From Octopus bimaculoides (taxonomy: Eukaryota): a stretch of 64,000 nucleotides of DNA. Each line of letters starts with the position of its first letter. The stretch's first letter is position 1. The notes below the pieces were generated by a model, which made no database searches, was not told the DNA's origin, and saw nothing but the letters and a program-made list of their open reading frames with translations. The position numbers and the translations under genes are program-made. The stretch lies in contig NC_068989.1 of the NCBI RefSeq assembly GCF_001194135.2, positions 7,401,973 through 7,465,972 on the forward strand, given 5' to 3'. This document shows positions 39,511 to 51,500 of this stretch, one piece after another.

Positions 39511-42500
39511 TTAGAAATTGTTCATTTCACAGTATTGCATTTTACCATTTCGATGCCAGTCAAATTTCCAAACAGCATTGTTTTCATGTTCTGTGACATA
39601 CAAAGTTTTGGAACGTGGCTCGAAATGAATGTTGCTTGGTTTTACAAAAGGACATTTGATTCTTTGGATAGGATTTCCACCTTTTGAGTTGAATACTTCT
39701 ATGTGACCACTGCCCCAGTTGGCTACAAGCAGGTTGTTGTCGTCATCAAAGTCCATGCCGTCTGCACCACCCTCGTGATCACCTATTTATAGAGGAAGGA
39801 AAGAAGTAAGGAAAGATGATTCAGATTTACAAGATTGACCTGACAGTAAATCAAAATTCCATAAATACTTAATATCCAAATTTATTTATTCATTTGGGAA
39901 AATGGTGTCGCTCAAGAAGGACTCCTGTTTGAACAATTTTCATGATGTTTCATATTTAGATGCTTTTATTATTGTGGAGGCACAATGGCCCAGTGGTTAG
40001 GGCAGCGGACTCGCAGTTTCGATTCCCAGACCAGGCGTTGTGAGTGTTTATTGAGCGAAAACACCTGAGGCTCCGGCAGGGGATGGTGGCGAACCCTGCT
40101 GTACTCTTCTACCACGACTTTCTCTCACTCTTACTTCCTGTTTCTGTTGTGCCTGTAATTCAAAGAAGCCAGTCGTATACTCTCTCTCTTTTACTCGTTT
40201 CAGTCATTTGACTGCGGCCATGCTGNNNNNNNNNNACCATGTGGTTGGTAAGCAAGCTACGTACCACACAGCCACTCCTGCACCTTGTTTACCTTTGTAA
40301 AGAGTTACGTCAATCCTTTTTAAAATAACAACAATAATAGTAATAATAAACAACCATACAAGAATAAAGAATGGAAACTTTACCTGGTATAGTAGCCCAG
40401 ACTTTCTTATTTGAAACACATCCTGGAGCTTCAATGTCATAACTCCAGAGAAGTTTCGTCGGAGTTTCTGCTACAATCAACTTCTGAGGTCGTCCATCGT
40501 TCAGATGTAAGACTGCAATTCCATTGGGAAACTTTAGACCTGTGTCAATTTTAATCATTTCTCCATCTGTGTAGCAGTAGACACTGCCAAATGGTTCCTG
40601 CAAAATAGGTGGAAACATTGAGCATATAACAAATGTACTGGAGTATTGACATATTACTTAAAATACCAGAATGCGTCTGGTATTCTTGCTGGTTGCTGCT
40701 GTGACGTTTTTCGTCTCCCTTCGATATTGTTTTCAACAAAGCTCGTCAATAGGAGATGTTATCTCAGGACAAACACCACAGTAACTGGCCTATCAATGGT
40801 ATATATACATTAAGTATGGCACAGAGACGATTATTTTAATTTAATACTGCATATACCAGATTTCTATTCAGCACATTGACTATTTAAGGTGTTCCTGTTG
40901 TGACTATCCCATCTGATTTTCAAACACGGTGTATCTAGAACTACATAAGTTTACATAGCATTCATTTTTAATTTTAACCCTTCACTTACCAACCTGGCTG
41001 AAACCAGCTCTGGCTCTGAGTACAAATGTCTTGTTTCCATAAGTTTTAAATTAAAATCTTCCACCAAACATTAGTCACAATTCATGTTCCTAACACTAGC
41101 TTAATGGTAACGAAGTTATTTTACTAAATTCTTTGTTATATTTAAAATTAATTGAAAGAAACACAGAGCATCTCAAAATAAATACAGTAACGAAAGGGTT
41201 AAGCTAGTTGAAGAAGATTTGAATGCTATTTCTAGCAGGTCGAGTGGTACATATAACGGAAAGATTACTTACCTCCGTTGATCGCCTGTATGGTGCTGGT
41301 GCAATATCTCCTGCTGGAGCTGTAATCCAAAGATTTCCTTGATAATCAAAGGCACAGTCATTGCAGCCTTGCATACATTGACCGGTCGAATCAATTGTTG
41401 CAACCTAAATATGGAATGGTAAAACATAAAATAAGCACTATTCTATATTTTTGAGATGAAGAATTATGTACGTTCTTTACATATATGTGTCCTCACCTTG
41501 TTTGTTGTTACAACAATGTTTCGGCTGATGTATTCTCCAGCCTTCATCAGGTGTCCTGGTGGAATTTCGAACCTGACCCTTTATTTGACTAAAGGGGTAC
41601 TCTGTTCTCATTCCTAAATTTTTATTTTTTTTTTGCTGATGTTATTAAAAGAGGCAGCACATATACTTGGGCACAATGACCTCCTAAACAGACTTAGTGC
41701 AATTATGAATGTAATATGGAAACTAGTATTAAGAAAAGATAAAATATTATGTTTATAAGCCCCAAAATTCACTCTATAATTGCCTATGGGCATATAGCGT
41801 AGTGAATAAGAGCGTGGGCTGCTAACCCTTGGATTCCGAGTTCAATCTCAGGCAGGGACTTCGGAAATAACATCATCATCATCGTTTAACGTCCGCTTTC
41901 CATGCTAGCATGGGTTGGAAGATTTGACTGAGGACTGGTGAAACCGGATGGAAACACCAGGCTCCAATCTAATTTGGCAGAGTTTCTACAGCTGGATGCC
42001 CTTCCTAACGCCAACCACTCAGAGAGTGTAGTGGGTGCTTTTACGTGTCACCCGCNNNNNNNNNNNNNNNNNNNNNNNNNNNNNNNNNNNNNNNNNNNNN
42101 NNNNNNNNNNNNNNNNNNNNNNNNNNNNNNNNNNNNNNNNNNNNNNNNNNNNNNNNNNNNNNNNNNNNNNNNNNNNNNNNNNNNNNNNNNNNNNNNNNNN
42201 NNNNNNNNNNNNNNNNNNNNNNNNNNNNNNNNNNNNNNNNNNNNNNNNNNNNNNNNNNNNNNNNNNNNNNNNNNNNNNNNNNNNNNNNNNNNNNNNNNNN
42301 NNNNNNNNNNNNNNNNNNNNNNNNNNNNNNNNNNNNNNNNNNNNNNNNNNNNNNNNNNNNNNNNNNNNNNNNNNNNNNNNNNNNNNNNNNNNNNNNNNNN
42401 NNNNNNNNNNNNNNNNNNNNNNNNNNNNNNNNNNNNNNNNNNNNNNNNNNNNNNNNNNNNNNNNNNNNNNNNNNNNNNNNNNNNNNNNNNNNNNNNNNNN

Positions 42501-45500
42501 NNNNNNNNNNNNNNNTCTTGCACACCACAACTGATGCTTCTTATGTTCAGCTTTTCTCTCAAGATACTTACACTCTGACGGGTATGCACACTGACATTAC
42601 ACATCCAGCGGAGCATACTGGCTTCATTCCTTGCGAGCTTACGCATGTCCTGTGTATGCTTGTTTTTGTGTTTGCGCTTGTCCTCCCCTACCCTTTTGAT
42701 AACCTGTGTTGGTTTGTTTATGTCCCTGTAGCTTAGTGGTTCAGCACTATAGAATACCTTAGGAATGAGAATGTATAAAATAAGCAGTTTACAAAAGTGA
42801 CCCTTTCTTCGGACAGCATTCTCCCAGGGATGCAAATTATGTTTAATCAATAAACCAGCATCCTTCATTTGCCAATAATAGTCATTAAAACAACAATATA
42901 AAGAATAATATCAAATTGTTTGAGAAAGTTCAGGGAGCTTTTACTTCTGTTGGTAACCAAAGGTCTCTCTCTCTGTCTTCTAGTAAAAGGAAGATTGTAT
43001 GATGCATGTGTACAAACTGCGATGCAACATGAGAGTGAGATGTCGTTAAACGATGATGATGATGATGATGATGATGAATGGGAAGGTGTTTAGGATTTAA
43101 ACTGGTGGAAGGTTTTAACTCAGATCATTTTAAAACATGGCGTCTGTGTGATAGAAGCAGGTGTGAATTCCAGCTAGTTGGTATGTATAAGATTAAGATA
43201 GCATTGGGCTCAAAATCCAATTCTAATCTGATACCAGCTATGTGATGACATACAAGCACTACTTATAGCAGACAGCACTCAAAACCTTTATTTGGTCGCC
43301 TGACCTATTAGAAATAAAGCTTATACCACACCGAAGGTATGGTCGTGTAAAGAAGCTTGCTTTGCAACTGTGTGGTTTCTGGTTCAGTTCCACTGTACAC
43401 CACCTTGGGAAGTAGAACGTATAATAATTCTAGTGAAATACATTCACTGATTTCAAATTTAGAAATAATACATTTCCTGTCGGCTTTGTAAACATAAGGA
43501 CACAGGAAATGTCTCCCCCTTGTAAACATAAGGACACTGGAAATGTGTGAAGGCCAACAGGAAGCAGTGCAGCTTCTTAGGTCCAAAACAACAGTAGTAT
43601 TATTCCCTTCATGGGACTGTCAACATTAAGTTGACAACATACAGCTACTTCATTGTATCACTACTGCATAAATCTCTCTGAGAGATTTAGAAATGTATTA
43701 TTTCTATTTTTTAAATCATTAAATGTATTTCACTAGAATTATTATATATTTACAAGAGCTTGACAGGCCATTGCTACTCCAGATTGATGATGAGCAAATA
43801 CTCAGAAACATGTCTCCGGATGCAGGGTTAGCTAAGTGGAGGTGCTTGTCTCCCCCTTGTAAGTATAAGGACACAGGAAATATGTCAAGGCCGACAGGAA
43901 GCAGTGCAGCTTCCTAGGTCCAAAACAACAGTAGTATTATTCCCTTCATGGGACTGACAACATTAAGTTGACAGCATACAACTACTTCATTGTATCACTA
44001 CTGCATAAATCTCTCTGGGAGATTTAGAAATGTATTATTTCTAAAAATGGAGTAAATTCGTTTGACTAAAATTCTTCACGGCAGTGCCCCAGCATGGCCG
44101 CAGTCTCATGTCTGAAGCCAAAGCAATAAAGGAATCGGATGGCCAGGAGGTTGATGAATGACATAATATTACTTTGACAGTATTTCAAACTGGCATTCCA
44201 TCATTTATGATCAAAAGGATCCCAGTTGGTCTGACCAACTGAAATTAACATGCAAGTGGCCGAGTACTCCACAGACACGTATACCCTTAACTGTAGTTCT
44301 TAGGGTGTGGCCCTTTGAAATACTCATTTTGATCAGCTGAGTGGATGGGAGCAATGTGAAATAAAGTGTCTTGCTCAAGGATACAATGTGATATCGGGAA
44401 TCGAACTCGCGACCTTATGATCATGAAGTGAATACTCTAACCACTAAGACATGCACATTCACACCTCCCCCTGGATGGAATGCCAGTCCATCACAGGTTT
44501 ACTTACTCACGACTAGGTGGACTGGAGTAATGTGAAATGCAGTGTTTTGCTCATGAATACAACACACTGCCCAATTCAGAAACTGAAACCGCGACCTTAT
44601 AATTCTAAATGCAACATCTTAACCACTAGGCTACATGCCTTCTTAGGAGTTGTTCACTTGACTATTGTGTCAATACTAGCTGCTTTGAAGGCAACGAGCT
44701 GGCAGAAATGTGAGCACGCCAGGCGAAATGCTTAGCGGTATTTCGTCTGTCTTTACGTTCTGAGTTCAAATTCTGCCGAGGTCGACTTTACCTTTCATCC
44801 TTTCGGGGTCGATAAATTAAGTACCAGTTATGCACTGGGGTCGATGTAATCGACTTAATCCCTTTGTCTGTCCTTGTTTAGCCCCTTGTGGGCACTAAAG
44901 AAATAGGAAACATTCTCGGGTCAATCTAATCGACTGGGCCCCCTCCTCCAAAATTTTGGGCCTTGTGTCTAGAGTAGAAAAGAATATTGTTACTTCTACC
45001 GAAGGCGGCGAGCTTACAAAAACATTAGAATGCCAGGCAAAATGCTTAGCGGTATTTCGTCTGTCTTTATGTTCCGAGTTCAAATTCCGCCAAGGTCGAC
45101 TTTGCCTTTCATCCTTTTGGGGGATCGATAAATTAAGTACCTGTTGTGTACTGGGGTCGATCTAATCGAGTGCTCCCCCCTCCCCCATAAATTTTCGGCC
45201 TTGTGTCAAGAGTAGAAAAGAATATTAACTGCTTTGAGATATTTTGAAGTAGCAACAAGCTCACCTCCTGCTAAATCTTTTACCTAATCACCGCCTCAGT
45301 TCTGACTGCCACCTAACAAGCTCCGCCCACAATATCCTGATAAAAAACCACTAATCAGCTCTTCCAATTACAAAAGTCAAAGAATAGTTGTCTGATATTT
45401 GTTTTTCCTGGTCTGTTATAATAACAACCTAACGTGTCTCCTTTTTTGAACTTAATGTAATCTCACACAAATAACACCTCAGCACATTCTTTTATGAACA

Positions 45501-48500
45501 TTTAACACACCTGACCCAATTCATAAATAATATAAAGCTTTCTGCTAAGAATCGCTCAAATACTTTTAAAAACATATGACAACAAAACCAAGCATATATT
45601 TTCAAAATAAGCAATTGTCACAACCGTGGCTGTTACAGATGATTTATATAATTGGAAACAGCAGGATTGTCACCACCTGCTGTATGCGTTTCTAGCTAAC
45701 ATTATCAGTCACACTGCAAAACAAGAGTCTTCATGAACTTAACTCTAGATAAACAATGTATTTTACTCATAAAGTCCTGTGGCAGTCTTGTAACACAGGT
45801 TTGTTGTTATCCATTCATTGTTGCAAATTGCTGACAGACAGATGGAAGATTAACCATTTAGCATTCAGATTATTCAAGCAAATGTAACATTTATTCATAT
45901 TGTTTCCAATGAATCATGCATTACGTTGTAACTTCAAGATTTCAAAGGTATGATTGCTAATTTTCAAAATGACATTTTAGAGTTGGTGTGAGAGTCCAGA
46001 TCTGACTAGGTTTAACATAAGACAGGTAGAATAATATTTGGGCTGGATTTGGCCTGCTTAAATGCTAAAGGATTAACATTCCTTTTATCTTTCTAGCAGA
46101 AGTTTTCCATTTAAATAATTGAAAAATCAATAATAAATCTCTCCACATTTCGGTGGCAAATATACTTCACGATGTGCTACTAGTGTTTTACATCTCGCTC
46201 AGAGATTTATTATCGCTTGTTTCCACTTTTTCGAGATCAGCGATGATTTGTCACTGGAAAAAGCATATAGTATTTTGCGTTTGGAATCAGTTCTCATCCC
46301 TAGTTGATGGCAGGTTACTTATTACTTTATTGCCCGCAAGGGGCTAAACATAGAGGGGACAAACAAGGACAGACAAAGACATTAAGTTGATTACACCGAC
46401 CCCAGTGCGTAACTGGTACTTAATTTATCAACCCCGAAAAGGATGAAAGGCAAAGTTGACCTCCTGCGGAATTTGAACTCAGAATGTAATGGCAGACGAA
46501 ATAGCACTAAGCATTTCGCCCGGCGTGCTAACGATTCTGCCAGCTCGCTGCAGGTTACTACCCAGAAACCCAGGCCTGTGTATCACGTAAAGCTGGAGAT
46601 GGGAACAATGATTTCCCTTCGCAAATACTAATCGGACACAGACAGTGTGTCGTTAGCCAGCTGGAGGAGATGTCTTCCTGGGGCTATAAACAACAGTAGC
46701 ATCGTCCCCTATGGGACCACCACATTTAGATGCCAAATATGCTTCATCATTGAAAAATGTTATTTTAAAAGCACTGAGATGATGTGACCTCTCCACATAA
46801 CTACTGACATCTCTCTCTCTTGGTCTGTCGATGCCTTTGAATGACACATCGGGCTGTCAGTGATCACCAGTTACCTCTGTCACTGTCATACTGGTATACT
46901 GCAAGTAATTTTTTAACAGCCTGTGATGGTTTGGCTTGTTTTCAATATTTTATTATTAACAATTACTGTACTCAGCAGACATACTTCCATCCAAGTTCCT
47001 AAGTCTACAACACTTCATCTCCCATTCATAATATGGCTGCATTATATGCAGAACAATTTTTGCATACAATTAATAATAAAAGAAGTGCGTTTTAAGCACA
47101 GACAAATATGGCAATTATTATTCTTTCTAATTTTGGTATGTGACCAGTGCTGGATTAACCAATACGCAAAAGAAGCACATGCTCAGGCCATCAGGGGAAG
47201 GAGAGAGGCAACACAGAAATGGTAAATGGTTTACAACACAAAAGAAATCACTTGCTAGAATAATATTCAAGATGCTTTATCTCTAATATGGATAAAAGCA
47301 GATGTGTTATGGAAGATTAATTTTGAGGATCTGATCAAAGACTTTGCAATTAAAAAAAGTAGGAGAAAACTTTTCAAATATAAGCAATGTGGAAGTATAC
47401 ACAAATAAATATTATTTTCCATGTTACTGTTAGTTTTGTTCCATTTTGAAAAATAGAAATTTATTTTATGGTTTATTAATTGTTGTAGCCTATGCCAGTG
47501 GTGTATAACCTTGCCCACTTATGAGTACTCTTCATTCATTGTGCCATCGTGAATAGTAAGACAAGCAAGACAAAAAAATGTGATTGATAGCGTGAATGAT
47601 CTTTACTACTTGGGAGCCTGGAAAAAAGATCAAAGCTTGTTAAAATGAAGGAAAATCATTGAATTTACCTGTTTATATGTTCCATTGAGTTTCACCTGAA
47701 GCAAACCAAGTCTCATGTCGGCCACAAAGAGGTTATCAAGGCGATCAAACTGACACCCAGCAGGGATTCCACCATAACCGTTGATTTCAGGTTCACACAG
47801 AATGGCATTCTGTCAAAATAAATGGTATATGATTAGAAACGGAATCAGGACACATTATTTATTTGCTTCTCGATGCTCCAGGAAGTCTATCTCTTATGTA
47901 TACCAATTGTTACCTGAAGGTATCAATTGGTATACATAAGTAGGTATATCAATACCTACTTGTTTCAGTCATTGGACTGTGGCCATGCTGGGGCATCACA
48001 CTGAAGTGTTTTAGTTGAACAAGTCAACCCCAGTACTCATAGTTTTTATAAATCTGGTACTTATTTTATTAGTCTTTTTTTTGCCAAACGGCTAAGTTAC
48101 AGAGGTGTAAACAAACCAACACTGGCTGTCAAGTGGTAGGGGAGCAGTGAGAAACGGTGACAGACAGGCAAGCAGACACACATATATGTATACACACATA
48201 TATATATGTACATATATGTAGGTAAATATATATGTGTGTGTGTATATGTATGTGTGTGTGTGTATACACTTTTTACCTACACTATTCACTTGTAAGGCAT
48301 TGGTTGGACCAGGGCTACAGTGAAAGACACTTACCCAAAGTGCTGGGCAATGGGGCTGAATCTGAAACCACATGGTTGCAAAGCGAGTTTCTGAACCACA
48401 CAGCCGTACCTATAACTACATGATCACATTTTTAAAAATTCAATCACATTCACACTTCCATGTATGTCACTTAACATTTTGTATCGAGTAGACAATCCTT

Positions 48501-51500
48501 AATGCAGTCCTTTTCATATTTTGAAAACCCTTAATAATTCATTAAGCTAGTGTTACTAACATAATACTTTACACAAAAGACTAACATACACTGCTTTCTC
48601 TACCTAGTTTCACATGAGTACCATGGGAAAGTACAGTTCGTTCTCATAAATAGTAAAAACCTTTGTATCATTAGCAAGTATCGTCGATACTCTCAGGTCA
48701 ATAAAATAAAGTACTGGAATTCATCATCATCATCATCATCGTTTAACGTCCGCTTTCCATGCTAGCATGGGTTGGACGATTTGACTGAGGATGGTAACAA
48801 TTAATACCCTGACTTTGTACCTAAATTAGGAACAATTATTATTGGAAAATTATGTACAAATGTACTCTAATTGGGATCAATGTCCTTGATAATGAGATGC
48901 AATTACTTTCCTTAGATAATGGGGAATTTCAAACAATCCTAGTAGTTCCTAGTAGAGTAGATATCCGTATTAATTCTTTAGCATTTAAGCTAGTCATATC
49001 CAGCCCAAATATTTTATCTGTTTTATGCTCAAACCAGCTAGATCTGATCTCTCACACCTACTCTGATAATGTTATTGAACTCTCAACCCGAGTCTCATAT
49101 CGGCTAAAAAGAGGTTATCAAGGCGACCAAACTGACATCCGGCAGGGATTCCACCATAACTATTGATCTCGGGTTCACGTAGAATGTATAATTAATTCAA
49201 AACAATGGCAGTAAATAAGCTCTACATTTGACAGAAAAATCTGTATGTTAAAGGGTTAATGCAGCTCTTATAATTATGCTGATCCTTGTAAGGAAAACTA
49301 TCAAGCTTGTTGGTAACAGTAGCTAAGATACCTATAACTACTAGGAGTGCTTTTACAAAAACCCTCCACAGTCTTCGCAGTTACCTCGCTAAGTCCTGGT
49401 ATTTCCTTATTTTTTCCCCCCTGTCCTTTAACTGCCACATTCATATCAGCAAGCATAGCCACATCTATGATGATGCACTCTTTAGATACTTTGTCGTCGT
49501 CGTCATTTAACATCTGCTTTCCATGCTAGCATGGGTTGGACGATTTGACTGAGGACTGGTGGACCAGGAGGCGACACCAGGCTCCAATTTGATTTGGCAG
49601 AGTTTCTACAGCTGGATGCCCTTCCTAACACCAACCACTCCGAGAGTGTAGTGGGTGCTTTTACGTGCCACCGGCACAAGGGCCAGTCAGGTGGTACTGG
49701 CGACGGCCTCGCTCAAAATGGTGCATTTTACGTGTCACCTGCACAAGAGCCAGTCCAGCAGCACTGGCAACGATCTCGCTCGAATGTCATATTGGCAACA
49801 GCCATGCTTGAAATGGTGTATTTTACGTGTCACCTGCACAAGAGCCAGTCCATCGGCACTGGCAACAATCTCACTCGAATATCTTTTCACGTGCCAGGGA
49901 GGCGACGTTTGTCCAAGATGATAATGTCCAGTCATCTTTCCTGAATCTCAAACTCAGTTTGTACAGTGAAGTCCCACAAGAATTCAGACTGATTATTCTA
50001 TCAAACTCTCTGTTTGATGTTAGTACCATTCTCTGCTTACTTCAAAAATCTCCTGACACGTTATTAGTAATTTTCCCCCACCAAGCTGAGCTTAGTTATA
50101 TACGCTTTTGTTTTCCCCATTTAGTTCTTAGTCTAACCGTTACAGTTTAAACAATACTGGTACAATACCTTGAACAATAGATACTAGCTGTCGGATGTCA
50201 TAAAAAAGTATATCTACCAACAGCTTTGATGTCGTTCAGAAACCCTGGCAACTGACAATATACTCATCAAAGTCACCTGTTCAGATAACATCTGGTACAG
50301 GTTTTCAGAATTCAATAATTGCACAATGAGCAGCAGATGCATGTAAGTAAATATTAATAGATGTAGCTAAAAATACATCCATCAAAGCAATGTGATAAAG
50401 AAATACAACTCCAGTAACACACCGGATATTGCTAACCTCATCAAAACTTCTCAAACGCAATAGATGAAAACAAGGAGTGACTGATTCAGTATTGACTCAG
50501 ACATTGATTTATCAATTTATGGTAGCACTGACTTCGACTCCCTCTTGGACTCTGACTCCTGTGTTTCAAATTAATCCAATATTTCTGACATCGATTGAAA
50601 GCTCAAAACAAGGATGGTTAAGGGAAGTCATCAGGATGCTTTGTGTCATCCAAACCTGTTGAAGTTTGACTTTAAAGAACATAACTGTGTCTCTGAGGCA
50701 TTTTTCTTACTTGTGAAGTGTCTTTGTTGCTCCCAAGGCCTAAGGAAGAGCCCTCCATGAGCGCTAGCTTATAAGCCACCCTATCGGGCGGATTTTAAGC
50801 TCGTTAATAATAATTGGATATTTTAAAAACAAACTTGGTTAGATATAAACCTTCTTTTCAGAATTCTAACATTGTTTTTTTTTATATAAAATTTAAGCGA
50901 ATGAAATATGAAAGATTATACGAAATGAGATACAAAATTATATTATAAAAGATTGAAGAGTTGATCCCTACAAAATTTAATAAAGAAACATTGTATCTAT
51001 AGAACAAGGGTTAAATAAAAATAAAAAAATTTACTAACAGGTGTGAATATGGTTGTGTTGTTAAGAAGCTTGTTTTGCGACCATGTAGCTTTGAGTTCAA
51101 TCCCACAGTACGGCACTTTGGGCAAGTGTCTATTACTACATCCTGGGCTGACCAATACCTTGTGAGTGAATCTGGTAGATGGAAACTGGGGGGAAACCTG
51201 TCATAAACATGTATGTGTGAGTGTGTGAGACATTGTGTTTGTCTCTTCCCCACCATTTGACAGTTGGTATTGGTCCCTGTAACTCAGCAGTTCAGTGAGA
51301 GAGCCTGATAAAATGAATACCAGACTTCAAAAAAAAAAAAACAAGTGCTGGAGTTGGTTTGTTCTGCCAAACCCTTCAAGGCAGTGCCCCAGCATGGCCT
51401 CAGTCCAACGACTAAAACAAATAAGAAGAGAAAAAGAAAGAAAGATAGATAACATCTTGTTCATAAGAAAGAGAACTGCTCCTCTCAGCTCCACCATCTC

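Noticed and set aside
46620-46880. GC-richer unique stretch / 64-aa minus ORF in DFPase intron 2
   Set aside because: It is not homologous to DFPase, the DFPase model is complete without it, and no supported product could be assigned.
49084-49186. DFPase exon-2 copy as a currently used mutually exclusive exon
   Set aside because: There is no AG acceptor or GT donor at the matching positions, in-frame TAA stops lie on both sides, and it is truncated at both ends relative to exon 2.
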